Of a stretch of DNA of 64,000 nt, positions 36,496-46,651 are shown piece by piece. The stretch is from a bacterium (GTDB taxonomy: Bacteria > UBA8248): NCBI GenBank assembly GCA_965200245.1, contig CBDATS010000004.1, positions 192,001 through 256,000 on the forward strand, read 5' to 3'. The notes below the pieces were generated by a model. It saw only the letters and a list, made by a program, of their open reading frames with translations. It ran no database searches and was not told the DNA's origin. The position numbers and the translations under genes are program-made. Each line of letters starts with the position of its first letter. Positions within the stretch are counted from its first letter, which is position 1.

Positions 36496-37260
36496 TCAGG
36501 TCCGATTCGTGCCCTCGTCTTCTCCTCCATTCACGCGCAAGCCATGGAGCAGGATGGCCGTGGCGACGGAGGCATTCAGCGAAGACACCACCCCCGCCTT
36601 GATGGGAATCCGAACGCGCACGTCGCAGTTTTTGAGAACGAGCGGCCGCACCCCCCTGCCTTCCGCCCCGATTACCAGGCAACAGGGTCGGGGCAAGTCG
36701 TCGACGCCGAGTATTCTATCTCCTTCTGCGTCCGCCGCCAGAACCCAGTAGCCCGCCTCTTTCAGAGACGAGACGGCACGTGCCAGATTCGTCACTCGTG
36801 CGAGGGGCACGACCTCCAAGGCACCCGCCGCTGCCTTCGCTACGACGGGGGTCAAGCCCACGGCGCCATCCTTCGGCCAGACGACACCACCCGCCCCAAG
36901 GGCCGCAGCGCTTCTCAAGACAGCGCCGAAATTCCTTGGATCCTGCACACCGTCGAGCAGCAGAATCGGCGGTGCCTGTGCGGGCTGGGCATCGATGAGT
37001 GCATCGAGCGAGAGAAGAGGGGTAGGGTAAACTTCCGCCACCAGGTTTTGATGCTGCGCCGAGGCGGCGACTTTCGAGAGTTGTCCAGAGTCGAGCACCT
37101 CGACGGGAACCCCCTGCGCCTCGGCAAGACGCACCGCCTCGACCACCCGACGACTCCGACGACCTTCCGCGACAAGGAGCCGCCTTACCCGAAGCGGTCC
37201 GCGCACAAGAGCCGCCGGCACGCTGTGCGCACCGCAAACGTATTCGGGTTTCAGTTTCAA
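36496..37260 (-). CDS. rlmB: 23S rRNA Gm2251 methyltransferase (SpoU family)
   Basis: LDGVQDPRNFGAVLRSA, IGAEGRG, SLNASVA; follows cysS. Confidence 0.93.
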   Translation of the reverse strand: MKLKPEYVCGAHSVPAALVRGPLRVRRLLVAEGRRSRRVVEAVRLAEAQGVPVEVLDSGQLSKVAASAQHQNLVAEVYPTPLLSLDALIDAQPAQAPPILLLDGVQDPRNFGAVLRSAAALGAGGVVWPKDGAVGLTPVVAKAAAGALEVVPLARVTNLARAVSSLKEAGYWVLAADAEGDRILGVDDLPRPCCLVIGAEGRGVRPLVLKNCDVRVRIPIKAGVVSSLNASVATAILLHGLRVNGGEDEGTNRT

Positions 37261-37330
37261 GAGTTATGCCCTGCGGTGATGGGATGTGACCCGGCTGGTG
37301 CGCAAACTTCGGCTCCGCCTGCGTGCGTCG

Positions 37331-38794
37331 TCACGGCACCCTTCGCTTCCAGAGGGTGCCGCCGGGGCTGTCTTCCAGGACGATGCCGGCCGCCGCGAGT
37401 TCTTCCCGGATACGGTCGGCTTCGGGAAAATCCCTGCTCGCACGCGCCTTGGCGCGACGTTCGAGCAGCGCTTCAATCTCCTCATCGCGAAAGACTCCGT
37501 TTTGACCATCTTCTCCATCGGGGAGTTGCGCGCTTGCGGCGCTTCTGAACCAATCCTCGGGCGAGTGGGCAAACAGGCCCAGAACCTCACCCACTTCCTC
37601 AAAAACCTCGCGTGCAGGCTGCGCCGCAGATTCGGGCAACGCGCCCGCCACGTTGATGAAGCCGTTCACCCTTCGCGCGAAATCGAAGAGATGGCCCAAG
37701 GCGCGCGCGGTATTGAAATCGTCGTCCATCGCTTCTATGAACTGGGAGCGAAAGGCGGTGACCTCTTCCTCCACCCGCTCGCGCCAGCCTCCGGTATCTC
37801 CTCCGCCGTTTCTGGCGAGCCTGAGCCGCACGTTGTAGAGCCGGTCGAGTCCCTTTCTCGCGTCACCCACCACCTGATCCGAATAATCCACCGGATGCCT
37901 GTAATGTGTCCCCAGGAGAAAGTAGCGGATCACCTCGGCGGGGTGTTCCTCCAGAATCGTTTTGATGGTGAAAAAGTTCCCCTTCGACTTGCTCATCTTC
38001 TCGTGCTTGATCTGCACGAAGCCGTTGTGCACCCAGTAGCGCACCCACTCGTGACCGAAGCAGCCTTCGCTCTGCGCGATCTCGTTCTCATGGTGGGGGA
38101 ACACCAGGTCTTCCCCTCCGCCGTGGATGTCGAAGCGTTCGCCAAGGTAGCGACTCGACATGACGGAGCATTCGATGTGCCAGCCGGGACGGCCCTGCCC
38201 CCAGGGACTATCCCACTCGGGTTCGCCGGGCTTCGCCGCCTTCCAGAGGGCGAAATCAAGTGGGTTGCGCTTGCCCTCGTCCGATTCGATACGATGGCCC
38301 GCCTCGAGTTCTTCGATGTTACGCCCCGAGAGCTTTCCATAGTCCGCGAATTTCTCGATGTCGTAGTAGACATTGCCCGCGTACTCGTAGGCGATACCCT
38401 TGTCGATGAGCTTCCCGATCATCTCGATCATGCCCTCGATGTTCTCCGTGGCGCGCGGAGCGACATCCGCCCGATGGACGCCGAGCGCATCCATATCCCT
38501 ATAGTATTCGGCAATGAATCTTTCAGTCAGATCGCCGATGGGAATCTTCAGGCGCCGGGCACGGGTGATGATCTTGTCGTCCACGTCCGTGAAGTTGCAC
38601 ACGAAAAGGACATCAAAACCACAGTATTCGAAATAGCGGCGAATCACGTCGAAGACGATGGCGGCGCGCGCGTGGCCGAGATGACAGTGGTCGTACACTG
38701 TCACCCCGCAGACATATATTTTCACGCGGTTTTCTTCCAGGGGTTCGAAGGGTTCTTTCTCCTTCGTCAACGTGTTGTATAGCTGAAGGACCAA
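37331..38794 (-). CDS. cysS: Cysteine--tRNA ligase
   Basis: [27 protein letters not shown]. Confidence 0.99.
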   Translation of the reverse strand: MVLQLYNTLTKEKEPFEPLEENRVKIYVCGVTVYDHCHLGHARAAIVFDVIRRYFEYCGFDVLFVCNFTDVDDKIITRARRLKIPIGDLTERFIAEYYRDMDALGVHRADVAPRATENIEGMIEMIGKLIDKGIAYEYAGNVYYDIEKFADYGKLSGRNIEELEAGHRIESDEGKRNPLDFALWKAAKPGEPEWDSPWGQGRPGWHIECSVMSSRYLGERFDIHGGGEDLVFPHHENEIAQSEGCFGHEWVRYWVHNGFVQIKHEKMSKSKGNFFTIKTILEEHPAEVIRYFLLGTHYRHPVDYSDQVVGDARKGLDRLYNVRLRLARNGGGDTGGWRERVEEEVTAFRSQFIEAMDDDFNTARALGHLFDFARRVNGFINVAGALPESAAQPAREVFEEVGEVLGLFAHSPEDWFRSAASAQLPDGEDGQNGVFRDEEIEALLERRAKARASRDFPEADRIREELAAAGIVLEDSPGGTLWKRRVP

Positions 38795-38886
38795 ATGTAT
38801 TTCTCCAGAATCCGCGTGAATTCAGACGTGAAACATGCACTTCGGGCAACATTCAGGTGGAATTTGTCATGCCCCGCCGATGCGCG

Positions 38887-39369
38887 TCAAGGAGATTCCT
38901 CGCTGATCGTACAAACCGCGTGCGCAGCGACGCCTTCCTCACGACCTGCAAAGCCAAGACCCTCGCCCGTCGTCGCCTTGACCCCCACCCTGTCAAGCGG
39001 GATACCCAGGATGGAGGAGATGACCTCGCGTATCTTCGGAATGTGGGGGGCGAGTTTCGGCCTTTGCGCCACGACCACGGAGTCCACGTTGCCCGGCTCC
39101 ATGCCGCGTTCAGCGAGAAGCGCCACGACACGCGCGAGGAGCACCCGGCTGTCCGCGCCGCGATAGGCCTCGTCCGTATCGGGAAAGTGCGAGCCGATGT
39201 CGCCCAGGGCCGCCGCGCCCAGAAGCGCGTCGATGATGGCATGGATGAGGGCGTCGGCGTCGGAGTGCCCGGCGAGGCCACGGTCGTGGGGAATCTCCAC
39301 CCCGCCAAGAATGAACTTTCTACCCGCCTCGAAACGGTGGACATCGTAGCCTACACCGACGCGCATCAC
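38887..39369 (-). CDS. ispF: 2-C-methyl-D-erythritol 2,4-cyclodiphosphate synthase
   Basis: [21 protein letters not shown]. Confidence 0.98.
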   Translation of the reverse strand: MMRVGVGYDVHRFEAGRKFILGGVEIPHDRGLAGHSDADALIHAIIDALLGAAALGDIGSHFPDTDEAYRGADSRVLLARVVALLAERGMEPGNVDSVVVAQRPKLAPHIPKIREVISSILGIPLDRVGVKATTGEGLGFAGREEGVAAHAVCTISEESP

Positions 39370-39383
39370 GCGGAAGCCTCCGC

Positions 39384-40130
39384 CTAGGTACGTTGTTCGA
39401 GTTCCATCAGCCGCGCCGCGCGCTCCATGTCTCCCGGCGTCGTCACCTTGATATTCTGCACGCTTCCTGCAACGAGCTTCACTCGTGCGCCGACAGCCTC
39501 GAGCAGGGCAGCCTCGTCGGTTCCCTCGAAACCACTTGCCTCGGCCCGCACCATCGCGCGCGCGAGCAACTCGCGCCGCGCCACCTGGGGCGTCTGGGCG
39601 AGCCAGAGACCCTCGCGCGGGCGTGTGGTCTCTATGAATCCCTCTGCGTCACCCACCTTCACCGTATCCACCACGCGAAGAGCGGCGATAGCAGCACCCG
39701 TCTCCGACGCGCCGATGAGGCACCTCTTCAGTAACTCGGCAGTCACGAGGGGCCGCGCCCCGTCGTGCACAACCACCCAGGAGACGTTATCGCCCAAGGA
39801 GTTGAGAGCGTTCCGAACCGAATCCTGGCGGCTTGCGCCGCCCTCGACGACCTGGACGGGAACGCATAAGCCAACGGGAAGATCGGGCGGGTCTAAACCG
39901 GGGGGAAGTGCCACGACGACACGGCCCACGAGATTAGAGCGCGCAATCCGCAAAAGGCAATGGTGGAACAGGGGTTTTCCGGCAAGGCTCTGGAACTGCT
40001 TCGCCACCGCGCCCGGCAGGCGGAGGCCCTTGCCCGCGGCGGGGACGATGAGTGCCACTTCATCCGGTTCCGGCAACGAACGAGAAGCGCGCGCAGGTTC
40101 ACCGGCTGTTTCGGTAGAGTTCCGCTTCAT
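39384..40130 (-). CDS. ispD: 2-C-methyl-D-erythritol 4-phosphate cytidylyltransferase
   Basis: [28 protein letters not shown]; start position uncertain. Confidence 0.96.
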   Translation of the reverse strand: MKRNSTETAGEPARASRSLPEPDEVALIVPAAGKGLRLPGAVAKQFQSLAGKPLFHHCLLRIARSNLVGRVVVALPPGLDPPDLPVGLCVPVQVVEGGASRQDSVRNALNSLGDNVSWVVVHDGARPLVTAELLKRCLIGASETGAAIAALRVVDTVKVGDAEGFIETTRPREGLWLAQTPQVARRELLARAMVRAEASGFEGTDEAALLEAVGARVKLVAGSVQNIKVTTPGDMERAARLMELEQRT

Positions 40131-41163
40131 CTCGTATTTGCGCAAATATCATCCGCCCGGCGGTGGTCTGCAGGACGCTTGTCACCGAAACGGGAATCTG
40201 ATCGCCGATCCGGTCCTTGGCGTTGTCCACCACCACCATGGTTCCATCGTCGAGATAACCGACGCCTTGATTGTATTCCTTGCCTTCCTTGATGACGAAG
40301 ACGCTCATCTCCTCGCCGGGCAAGACGACCGGCTTCACCGTGTTGGCCAGTTCGTTGATGTTCAAGACCCGCACCCCTTGCAGTTCGGCCACCTTGTTCA
40401 GGTTGAAATCGTTCGTCATCACCTTGCCGCATATCTCTTTCCCCAGGAGCACTATCTTCGTATCCACCTCCTTCACGCGGGGGAAGTCGGCCTCAATGAT
40501 GTCGATGTCGAGATCCTGGTTCTGTTGAATCCGCTGCAGGACATCAAGGCCGCGGCGTCCACGGTTTCGCTTCAGGGAATCGGATGAATCCGCTATCTGC
40601 TGCAGTTCCTTGAGTACGAACTGGGGCACTACCATGGGCCCTTCGACGAAGCCCGCCTCGCAAATATCCGCGATGCGCCCGTCTATGATGACACTCGTAT
40701 CGAGAATCTTCGCGTGGTGGTGTTTCTTGGCGCCCGGAGTTTTCTCCATAGGCGGCAGAAGCTGTGAAAACTGGCTTCCCGCCGCCGAACCGAGAAAAAT
40801 CCCGAGACCGCTGAGGAGTAGACCGAAGAAGGCGTCCGCGAGTGGGCGCACGCCCGCCGAAAACGCATCACCAACGAGAGCACAAATCAGCAAGGTGGCC
40901 AGAAGGCCGAAGAGCAGGCCCGCCGCCCCGCCGACCAGAACGCCGAACCTGAGCTTGCCGAGTTCTCTGGCGAGCACCAGCAACAGAACACCCGCCAAAG
41001 CGCCTGCAGCCAAACCGACGGCCAAACCCGCCATGCCCATGGCTCCCAAGAGCGCCGCACCCATCACGCCGCAAAGGACGATGAACAGAACGCCTAAAAT
41101 CAGGTGCAGGTAATTGAGGCTCGCTTTCTTCTCCCTTGGTATCTTGTGGATGGATTCATTCAT
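40099..41163 (-). CDS. Membrane PIN/TRAM-domain protein (YacL family)
   Basis: N-terminal TM helices, LDTSVIIDGRI, TNDFNLNKVA, GYLDDGTMVVV; upstream of ispD. Confidence 0.95.
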   Translation of the reverse strand: MNESIHKIPREKKASLNYLHLILGVLFIVLCGVMGAALLGAMGMAGLAVGLAAGALAGVLLLVLARELGKLRFGVLVGGAAGLLFGLLATLLICALVGDAFSAGVRPLADAFFGLLLSGLGIFLGSAAGSQFSQLLPPMEKTPGAKKHHHAKILDTSVIIDGRIADICEAGFVEGPMVVPQFVLKELQQIADSSDSLKRNRGRRGLDVLQRIQQNQDLDIDIIEADFPRVKEVDTKIVLLGKEICGKVMTNDFNLNKVAELQGVRVLNINELANTVKPVVLPGEEMSVFVIKEGKEYNQGVGYLDDGTMVVVDNAKDRIGDQIPVSVTSVLQTTAGRMIFAQIRDEAELYRNSR

Positions 41164-41389
41164 CTACAGTTTCCTCCACGAAATGTTTCCAGAACGAAAA
41201 TAAAGATTATTAAATACTAGATTCCCTTTGTGTCATAAGCATTACGGGCAGTAGAAAAATCGCCAACGCCCAGGAAACGACCCCTTCGGGATGTTCCGCA
41301 CCCCGCAAATCAAGTTCTCCCCTACCGCTTGAATAGCTTGCAGCGGCCGTCAAGCATGCCGGATGCGCTCTCCCAACAAATCAAGATGG

Positions 41390-41875
41390 CTACTCCTCAT
41401 CCAGAATGAAATCACCGCTTTTTCCGCCTGTTTTCCTCACCAGTCGGATTCCAGAGAGCACCATACCCTTGTCCACCGCCTTGCACATGTCGTAGACGGT
41501 CAGGCCAGCCACGCTCACGGCAGTCAAAGCCTCCATCTCCACACCTGTTCTGTCCTTTGCGCGCACCGCGGCTTCGATGCGTAGAAACCCCAGCGACTCA
41601 TCCGCCGAGAAATCGATTTCCACACTGGACAGGCGCAGGGGATGACACATGGGAATCAGGTTTGCGCATTGTTTCGCTGCCATGACGCCCGCGATTCGCG
41701 CCGTTCCCAGTACGTCTCCCTTGGGTATTCCGCCTTCAACAATCAGGTGCAGGGTTTCGGGTGCCATCTCGAGACGGCCGCGCGCCACGGCTTCGCGCCG
41801 GGTGACTTCCTTTTCCCCGACATCCACCATCCGGGCTTGGCCCTTCTCGCCAACGTGAGAGAGTTCCTGGGACAC
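41390..41875 (-). CDS. moaC: Cyclic pyranopterin monophosphate synthase
   Basis: MVDV..K, LIPMCHP, TGVEMEAL, YDMCKAVD. Confidence 0.98.
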   Translation of the reverse strand: MSQELSHVGEKGQARMVDVGEKEVTRREAVARGRLEMAPETLHLIVEGGIPKGDVLGTARIAGVMAAKQCANLIPMCHPLRLSSVEIDFSADESLGFLRIEAAVRAKDRTGVEMEALTAVSVAGLTVYDMCKAVDKGMVLSGIRLVRKTGGKSGDFILDEE

Positions 41876-42034
41876 GGACTACACCTCCCGAGCAAACCGA
41901 CGAAGCGGGACATTTCACTTCACGGGTGGATTCTCCAAGTTCATCATACAACAGGTTGTCGAAACATTAAAGGAAAATACAAACCATGGTTTTGAAAGGG
42001 AAAAGGACAGTTTGTGTTACAAAAACATCGTCCC

Positions 42035-42589
42035 CTAGAGTTTTGCCAAGGTGAGACCCTGTTGTTTCTGGTATTTGCCCTTCTTGTCGGCGTAGGAAGT
42101 CTCACACTCCTCGTCGCTCTCGAAAAACAACACCTGAGCGATACCCTCGTTCGCGTATATCCTGGCAGGCAGGGGCGTGGTGTTGGACACCTCGAGGGTG
42201 ACAAAGCCCTCCCACTCGGGCTCGAAGGGTGTAACATTGACGATGATGCCACAACGCGCATATGTGCTCTTGCCCACGCAGACGGTGAGCACACTCCTGG
42301 GAATACGGAAATATTCCACCGTCTTGGCCAGGGCGAAGGAATTGGGCGGAATGATGCAGGTGTCCGCCTTTACATGGACGAGCGAGCGCTCGTCGAAATT
42401 TTTGGGATCCACGATGGTGGAGTTCACGTTCGTGAAGATCATGAACTCATCGGCGATGCGGATGTCGTAGCCGTAGGAGGAGACGCCGTAGGAGATGGCA
42501 CCCTCGCGCACCTGCTTGTCCTCGAAGGGTTCTATCATGCCACGCTCGCGCGCCATCTTCGATATCCACTTGTCCGATTTTATCGACAT
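42035..42589 (-). CDS. dcd: dCTP deaminase
   Basis: [25 protein letters not shown]. Confidence 0.98.
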   Translation of the reverse strand: MSIKSDKWISKMARERGMIEPFEDKQVREGAISYGVSSYGYDIRIADEFMIFTNVNSTIVDPKNFDERSLVHVKADTCIIPPNSFALAKTVEYFRIPRSVLTVCVGKSTYARCGIIVNVTPFEPEWEGFVTLEVSNTTPLPARIYANEGIAQVLFFESDEECETSYADKKGKYQKQQGLTLAKL

Positions 42590-42699
42590 CGCGTGAACCT
42601 CTACCTTCCCGGGAGAACCTCGAAAACTTCCATTCCATCCGAAACCGAATATGAGCGATGCGCAGCGATTCGGGGGATGAAAATCCAGGACACGTAATA

Positions 42700-42738
42700 T
42701 CCAAGGGTGAGGAGAGACCGACTCTCCTCACCCTTGGA
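42700..42738. repeat. Perfect 17-bp inverted repeat
   Basis: TCCAAGGGTGAGGAGAG-accga-CTCTCCTCACCCTTGGA. Confidence 0.9.
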
Positions 42739-42941
42739 CGATCTTCCCCGTCCGCCCGAAACGGGGTCGATCTCGCAAGCGTGTCTGTAGCTCGAAACGA
42801 GAGAGACGCGCATGAGATTCGCTTTGCTCACAGTGTTTCCAGAAAAAGCAAATAAACACAATATATAGTGCCACGTCAACGATCTTTTGGGACTAGAGCA
42901 CAATTTCTCGTGGATAGCCCGTGGAAAAACAGGGGATATTC

Positions 42942-42962
42942 GGGGGGGGGGGGGGGGGGGGG
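42942..42962. repeat. Homopolymeric G tract (21 nt)
   Basis: Read directly from the sequence. Confidence 0.95.
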
Positions 42963-42998
42963 ACTGTGAATAACGCACACAGCCCGTTGTGAACGGGC

Positions 42999-43847
42999 CT
43001 ATTTGAAGCGATCCACGTGAATCTTGACTTTCGCCCCTTCGCGCAGGCGCCTGAGAAGCGCCTCGTAGTTCTCGCTCCGCTTGATTTCCGAATAAACGAG
43101 CCTTACGTCGTCCTTTACGTCCTCAAACCTAGCGTCGGCGGCATTCACGCGCTCGATCACCCGTATCACTTGCCAGCCGACGGAGGTACGAATCGGTTCG
43201 CTCGGCTGGCCGATGGGCAATTTGAACGCCACGTCCTCAAGCGCCTTGTCCAGAGCGCCCCGCTCGGCCGTGCCCATCATCCCACCCGCCTCGCGCGTAG
43301 CCTCGAAGATGGAACGCCGCCTCGCCACTTTTGCGAAGGGTTCTCCTTTTCTCAGTTCGGCGACGGTGTCCCACGCATCCTGCTCGGTCTTGAGTACAAT
43401 ATGGGCCAGTGTGACCGACTCCTTGCGACGAAAACGCTCCTTGTTGGCGAGAAAGAAATCGCGCAACTGCTGCCCGGTTGCGCCCGTCGCCTCGGCACCC
43501 TGTCTCACGAATTCCTCGATGACGAGCCTTCGCTTGAGACGATCAACCCTTTTGCGTATCGCAGGCAATTCATCCACTTTCCGGCGGAGCGCCTCCTGGT
43601 ACAGGAGTTCCCCCTGCACGATGCCTTCCAGGAACTGCTCCTTGTTCTGGCGGATGCGGATACGCACGGCAGGAGCCAACTGTTTGAGTCTCTCCTCTAT
43701 TTCCCCCAAGGTGAACTTTTGATCGTTCACCTCGATCACGACCTGACCCATATCTTTCCCGGAGAGGGCGTTTTCCCCGGACGCCCCTTCGGCGAGCGGA
43801 CAGCCGAAAAACAAAATCGCCGCGAGCAACGCGAATATCCTTTTCAT
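42999..43847 (-). CDS. Exported PpiC/parvulin-type peptidyl-prolyl isomerase (PrsA/SurA-like)
   Basis: Signal peptide MKRIFALLAAILFF; AHIVL, FAKVARRRS, GG.MG, SEPIRT.VGW.VI. Confidence 0.88.
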   Translation of the reverse strand: MKRIFALLAAILFFGCPLAEGASGENALSGKDMGQVVIEVNDQKFTLGEIEERLKQLAPAVRIRIRQNKEQFLEGIVQGELLYQEALRRKVDELPAIRKRVDRLKRRLVIEEFVRQGAEATGATGQQLRDFFLANKERFRRKESVTLAHIVLKTEQDAWDTVAELRKGEPFAKVARRRSIFEATREAGGMMGTAERGALDKALEDVAFKLPIGQPSEPIRTSVGWQVIRVIERVNAADARFEDVKDDVRLVYSEIKRSENYEALLRRLREGAKVKIHVDRFK

Positions 43848-43960
43848 ATCCGCCTCATCCCTCTCGCCTGCGAGGCTCGAAAAACCATTCCCGAAAACCA
43901 GCCTTGAATATAACCGGCAAACGCCGAAGAGCGAAAATTGTCTTTCATCATCAGAAGCAT

Positions 43961-44923
43961 TCAAATGAAATAGCTGAACATCAGCGCCAGATAGTACCCG
44001 TATACGGCCGCAAACACAAATCCAGCACCACGCCCGAGCCTGCGCCTCCATACGGCGAGAAACAAAAACATCAGCATCAGGAGAAGCATGAACGGAAAAT
44101 CCAGAACGAACGATTGCCGTTCGATTCCCAGAGGTGCGATGAGCGATGCTCCGCCGAGAACCCAGGCGATGTTCAGTATGTTTGCTCCCAGCACGTTGCC
44201 CACGGCCATGTCCCCATGTCCGTTCAACGAAGCGGAAACCGCCGTTACCAGTTCGGGCAGCGAGGTACCTACGGCCACGAGCGTAAGAGCGATGATTAGT
44301 TCTGGAATTCCGAGGGCGCGGGCCAGATGTGCAGCGTTCTGCACGAGCAGAACGCTGCCGAGCACGACCGCTACCGATCCGGCGATGAAACGCAGCCCGA
44401 TATACTGCTTTTCCCGGTCGATCATCGCACTCGCGAAATCAAAATCCGTCCATGTCCCCCGCTTCATCATGAACCACAGGTATACCCCGACCATGGCGAA
44501 CAAGACCATGCCTTCCACCCGCGAGAGTTCTGCATCCCAGGCCAGGGAAAGGAGCAGCACGCCCAGCATCAGCATGAAAAGGCCTTTGGGCAAAACATCT
44601 TCGCGGGTAAGGGACACCGGCTCAAGCAGGAACGCTACTGTCAGTATGAGTCCAATATTGCATATGGTCGAACCAACCGCGTTTCCCACGGAAGTGGCCG
44701 GATGACCCAGCCAGGCCGCGATGACGGAGACGCTGAATTCGGGAGCCGTCGTCGCCAGGCTCATCAGGGTTGCGCCGACGATGACTTTGGGAACGCCCGT
44801 GATTTCGGCGATGCCCACCGCACCATCGGTAAACCAGTCTGCACCCTTCGTTATGACAAGGAGGCCCGCGGCGAAGAAGATAAAATTCGCCCAGATGGGA
44901 AAAGTCGCGAAGTATGCTTCCAT
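43961..44923 (-). CDS. Ca2+/Na+ antiporter (YrbG family)
   Basis: Two alpha repeats: ATTAPE/GNAVGS and GTSLPE/GNVLGAN. Confidence 0.93.
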   Translation of the reverse strand: MEAYFATFPIWANFIFFAAGLLVITKGADWFTDGAVGIAEITGVPKVIVGATLMSLATTAPEFSVSVIAAWLGHPATSVGNAVGSTICNIGLILTVAFLLEPVSLTREDVLPKGLFMLMLGVLLLSLAWDAELSRVEGMVLFAMVGVYLWFMMKRGTWTDFDFASAMIDREKQYIGLRFIAGSVAVVLGSVLLVQNAAHLARALGIPELIIALTLVAVGTSLPELVTAVSASLNGHGDMAVGNVLGANILNIAWVLGGASLIAPLGIERQSFVLDFPFMLLLMLMFLFLAVWRRRLGRGAGFVFAAVYGYYLALMFSYFI

Positions 44924-44974
44924 GCCCGAGAAGCGTCCTTTATATGGCGCCAGCACCGAATTGCCGGGGAGCCG

Positions 44975-45760
44975 TCATTCCCCCTGGAACCGGGGCTTTC
45001 TCTTCTCCAGAAACGCGGCGATACCTTCCTGAAAGTCCCGGCTGACGACAGTCTCGGCCTGCGCGGACGCCTCCGCTCGAAGCGCCATCGCCGCATCGAG
45101 GCCGCCCGAGGCACGAACCAGTTTCTTCGCCGCGCGAAGCGCGATCGAGGGTCCCTCGGCGAGCCTTCTTCCGAAGGCTGTCGCATTTTCCATGAGCGCG
45201 TCGTCGTGATGAACCGAGCGAACGAGTCCGATGGCCAGCGCCTCGTGTGCGTCGATGACGTCGCCCGTCAGTATCATTTCCAGGGCCTTGGCACTCCCTA
45301 CCACCCGGGGCAGAAAAAACGTGCCCCCGCAATCGGGGACCAGCCCAATCTTCGAGTACACCTGCCCGAACGACGCGCCCTCGCCCGCCAGGCGGATGTC
45401 GCAGGCCAAAGCGATATCACATCCTGCGCCCACGGCGAAACCATGGACGGCGGCTATCGTCGGGCAGCGAACCTCGTGGAGTTTCACCAGCGCCCGTTGA
45501 TAGTCCGGCCAGAGGAACTCCTCCATCCGCTCCCCGGCCCGGATGCGCGCCTCGATTTCCTTCAAGTCCCCGCCCGCGCAGAATGCGCGCCCCGCTCCAC
45601 TCAGGACCATCGCGCGGATGTCAGGTTCGTCGCATCGCTCGCACACCTCGTATAGGTCTTTCGCCATCCGACGGTCGAGCGCGTTGAGCGCATCGGGACG
45701 ATTGAGCCGCACGAAGGCAAGGCCGTTCTCCTCCTCGAAATCGATGGTTTTCCACGTCAT
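44975..45760 (-). CDS. Enoyl-CoA hydratase/isomerase (PaaG-like)
   Basis: NRPDALNAL, AFCAGGDL, GAGCDIALACD, KIGLVPD.G. Confidence 0.92.
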   Translation of the reverse strand: MTWKTIDFEEENGLAFVRLNRPDALNALDRRMAKDLYEVCERCDEPDIRAMVLSGAGRAFCAGGDLKEIEARIRAGERMEEFLWPDYQRALVKLHEVRCPTIAAVHGFAVGAGCDIALACDIRLAGEGASFGQVYSKIGLVPDCGGTFFLPRVVGSAKALEMILTGDVIDAHEALAIGLVRSVHHDDALMENATAFGRRLAEGPSIALRAAKKLVRASGGLDAAMALRAEASAQAETVVSRDFQEGIAAFLEKRKPRFQGE

Positions 45761-45964
45761 GTTTCGTTCTCCCGTAATCTCCTTTTCCGATTGATGTGGA
45801 AAAAAATTTTTATTTTTCCTAGAATATGGGATATCTTCCGAAGTTGGAAGGAAGAGGCACATCGCAATCCGGGAAACACGCCGGAAGCATCTGTGGATGT
45901 TACGACCAGCGCCCGATGGGTTCCGGGCAGTTGCGAGCGCGGAATCCTGATTAAGGGGTGAAAA

Positions 45965-46588
45965 ATGGAATCACCGGACTCTGTCATCAAGATATATGAT
46001 CGCTGGGGCAAATTCTACGACCTCGTATTCAAGAACGTGTTCAACGAGGGCAGAAACGTCTGTGTCGATATGCTCGACCTCCAGCCGGGCGAGAAACTGC
46101 TGGAAGTGGGCGTGGGCACCGGACTCTCCCTGCCGCTCTACCCGTCGACTTCCGAGATCATCGCCATCGACATCTCTTCGAAAATGCTCGAGAAGGCGAA
46201 AGAGAAAGTCGAGAAGTTCGGCCTCGGCAATGTAAGGCTCGGCGTCATGGACGCGCAGAACATGGAGTATACGGACAACACCTTCGACTGCGTCACCGCC
46301 TGCTACGTGGTAAGCGCGGCCCCCGATCCGCACAAGGTCGTCTCGGAGATATGTCGCGTGTGCAAGCCGGGCGGGCGTATCGTTTTCATCAACCATTTCA
46401 AGAGTCAGAAATTCCTGCTGGCGAAGTTCGAAGAACTCATCAACGGTGTTTGCAAGAAATTCGGCTGGGAGACCACCCTGGACCTCGAACCTCTGCTCGA
46501 GGCGAACAACCTGACTCTCGAACGCCAGGAGCGCGTGAACATCTTCGACTACTGGCGCGCGGTACTCTGCATCAATCCCGACAAATAA
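45965..46588 (+). CDS. Class I SAM methyltransferase, PmtA-like phosphatidylethanolamine N-methyltransferase
   Basis: YDRW..FYD.VF, LEVGVGTGLSLP.Y, RVCKPGGRI...NHF. Confidence 0.8.
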   Translation: MESPDSVIKIYDRWGKFYDLVFKNVFNEGRNVCVDMLDLQPGEKLLEVGVGTGLSLPLYPSTSEIIAIDISSKMLEKAKEKVEKFGLGNVRLGVMDAQNMEYTDNTFDCVTACYVVSAAPDPHKVVSEICRVCKPGGRIVFINHFKSQKFLLAKFEELINGVCKKFGWETTLDLEPLLEANNLTLERQERVNIFDYWRAVLCINPDK

Positions 46589-46651
46589 CCTCATTGGCCA
46601 CCACTCCAATGGCCCGGTGCGTGGCGCAACCGGCCACCCGGCTTAAGTGAA

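Noticed and set aside
42601-42978. 125-aa ORF with a poly-Pro stretch through the G21 tract
   Set aside because: No homology cues or RBS; composition reflects intergenic hairpins and the homopolymer
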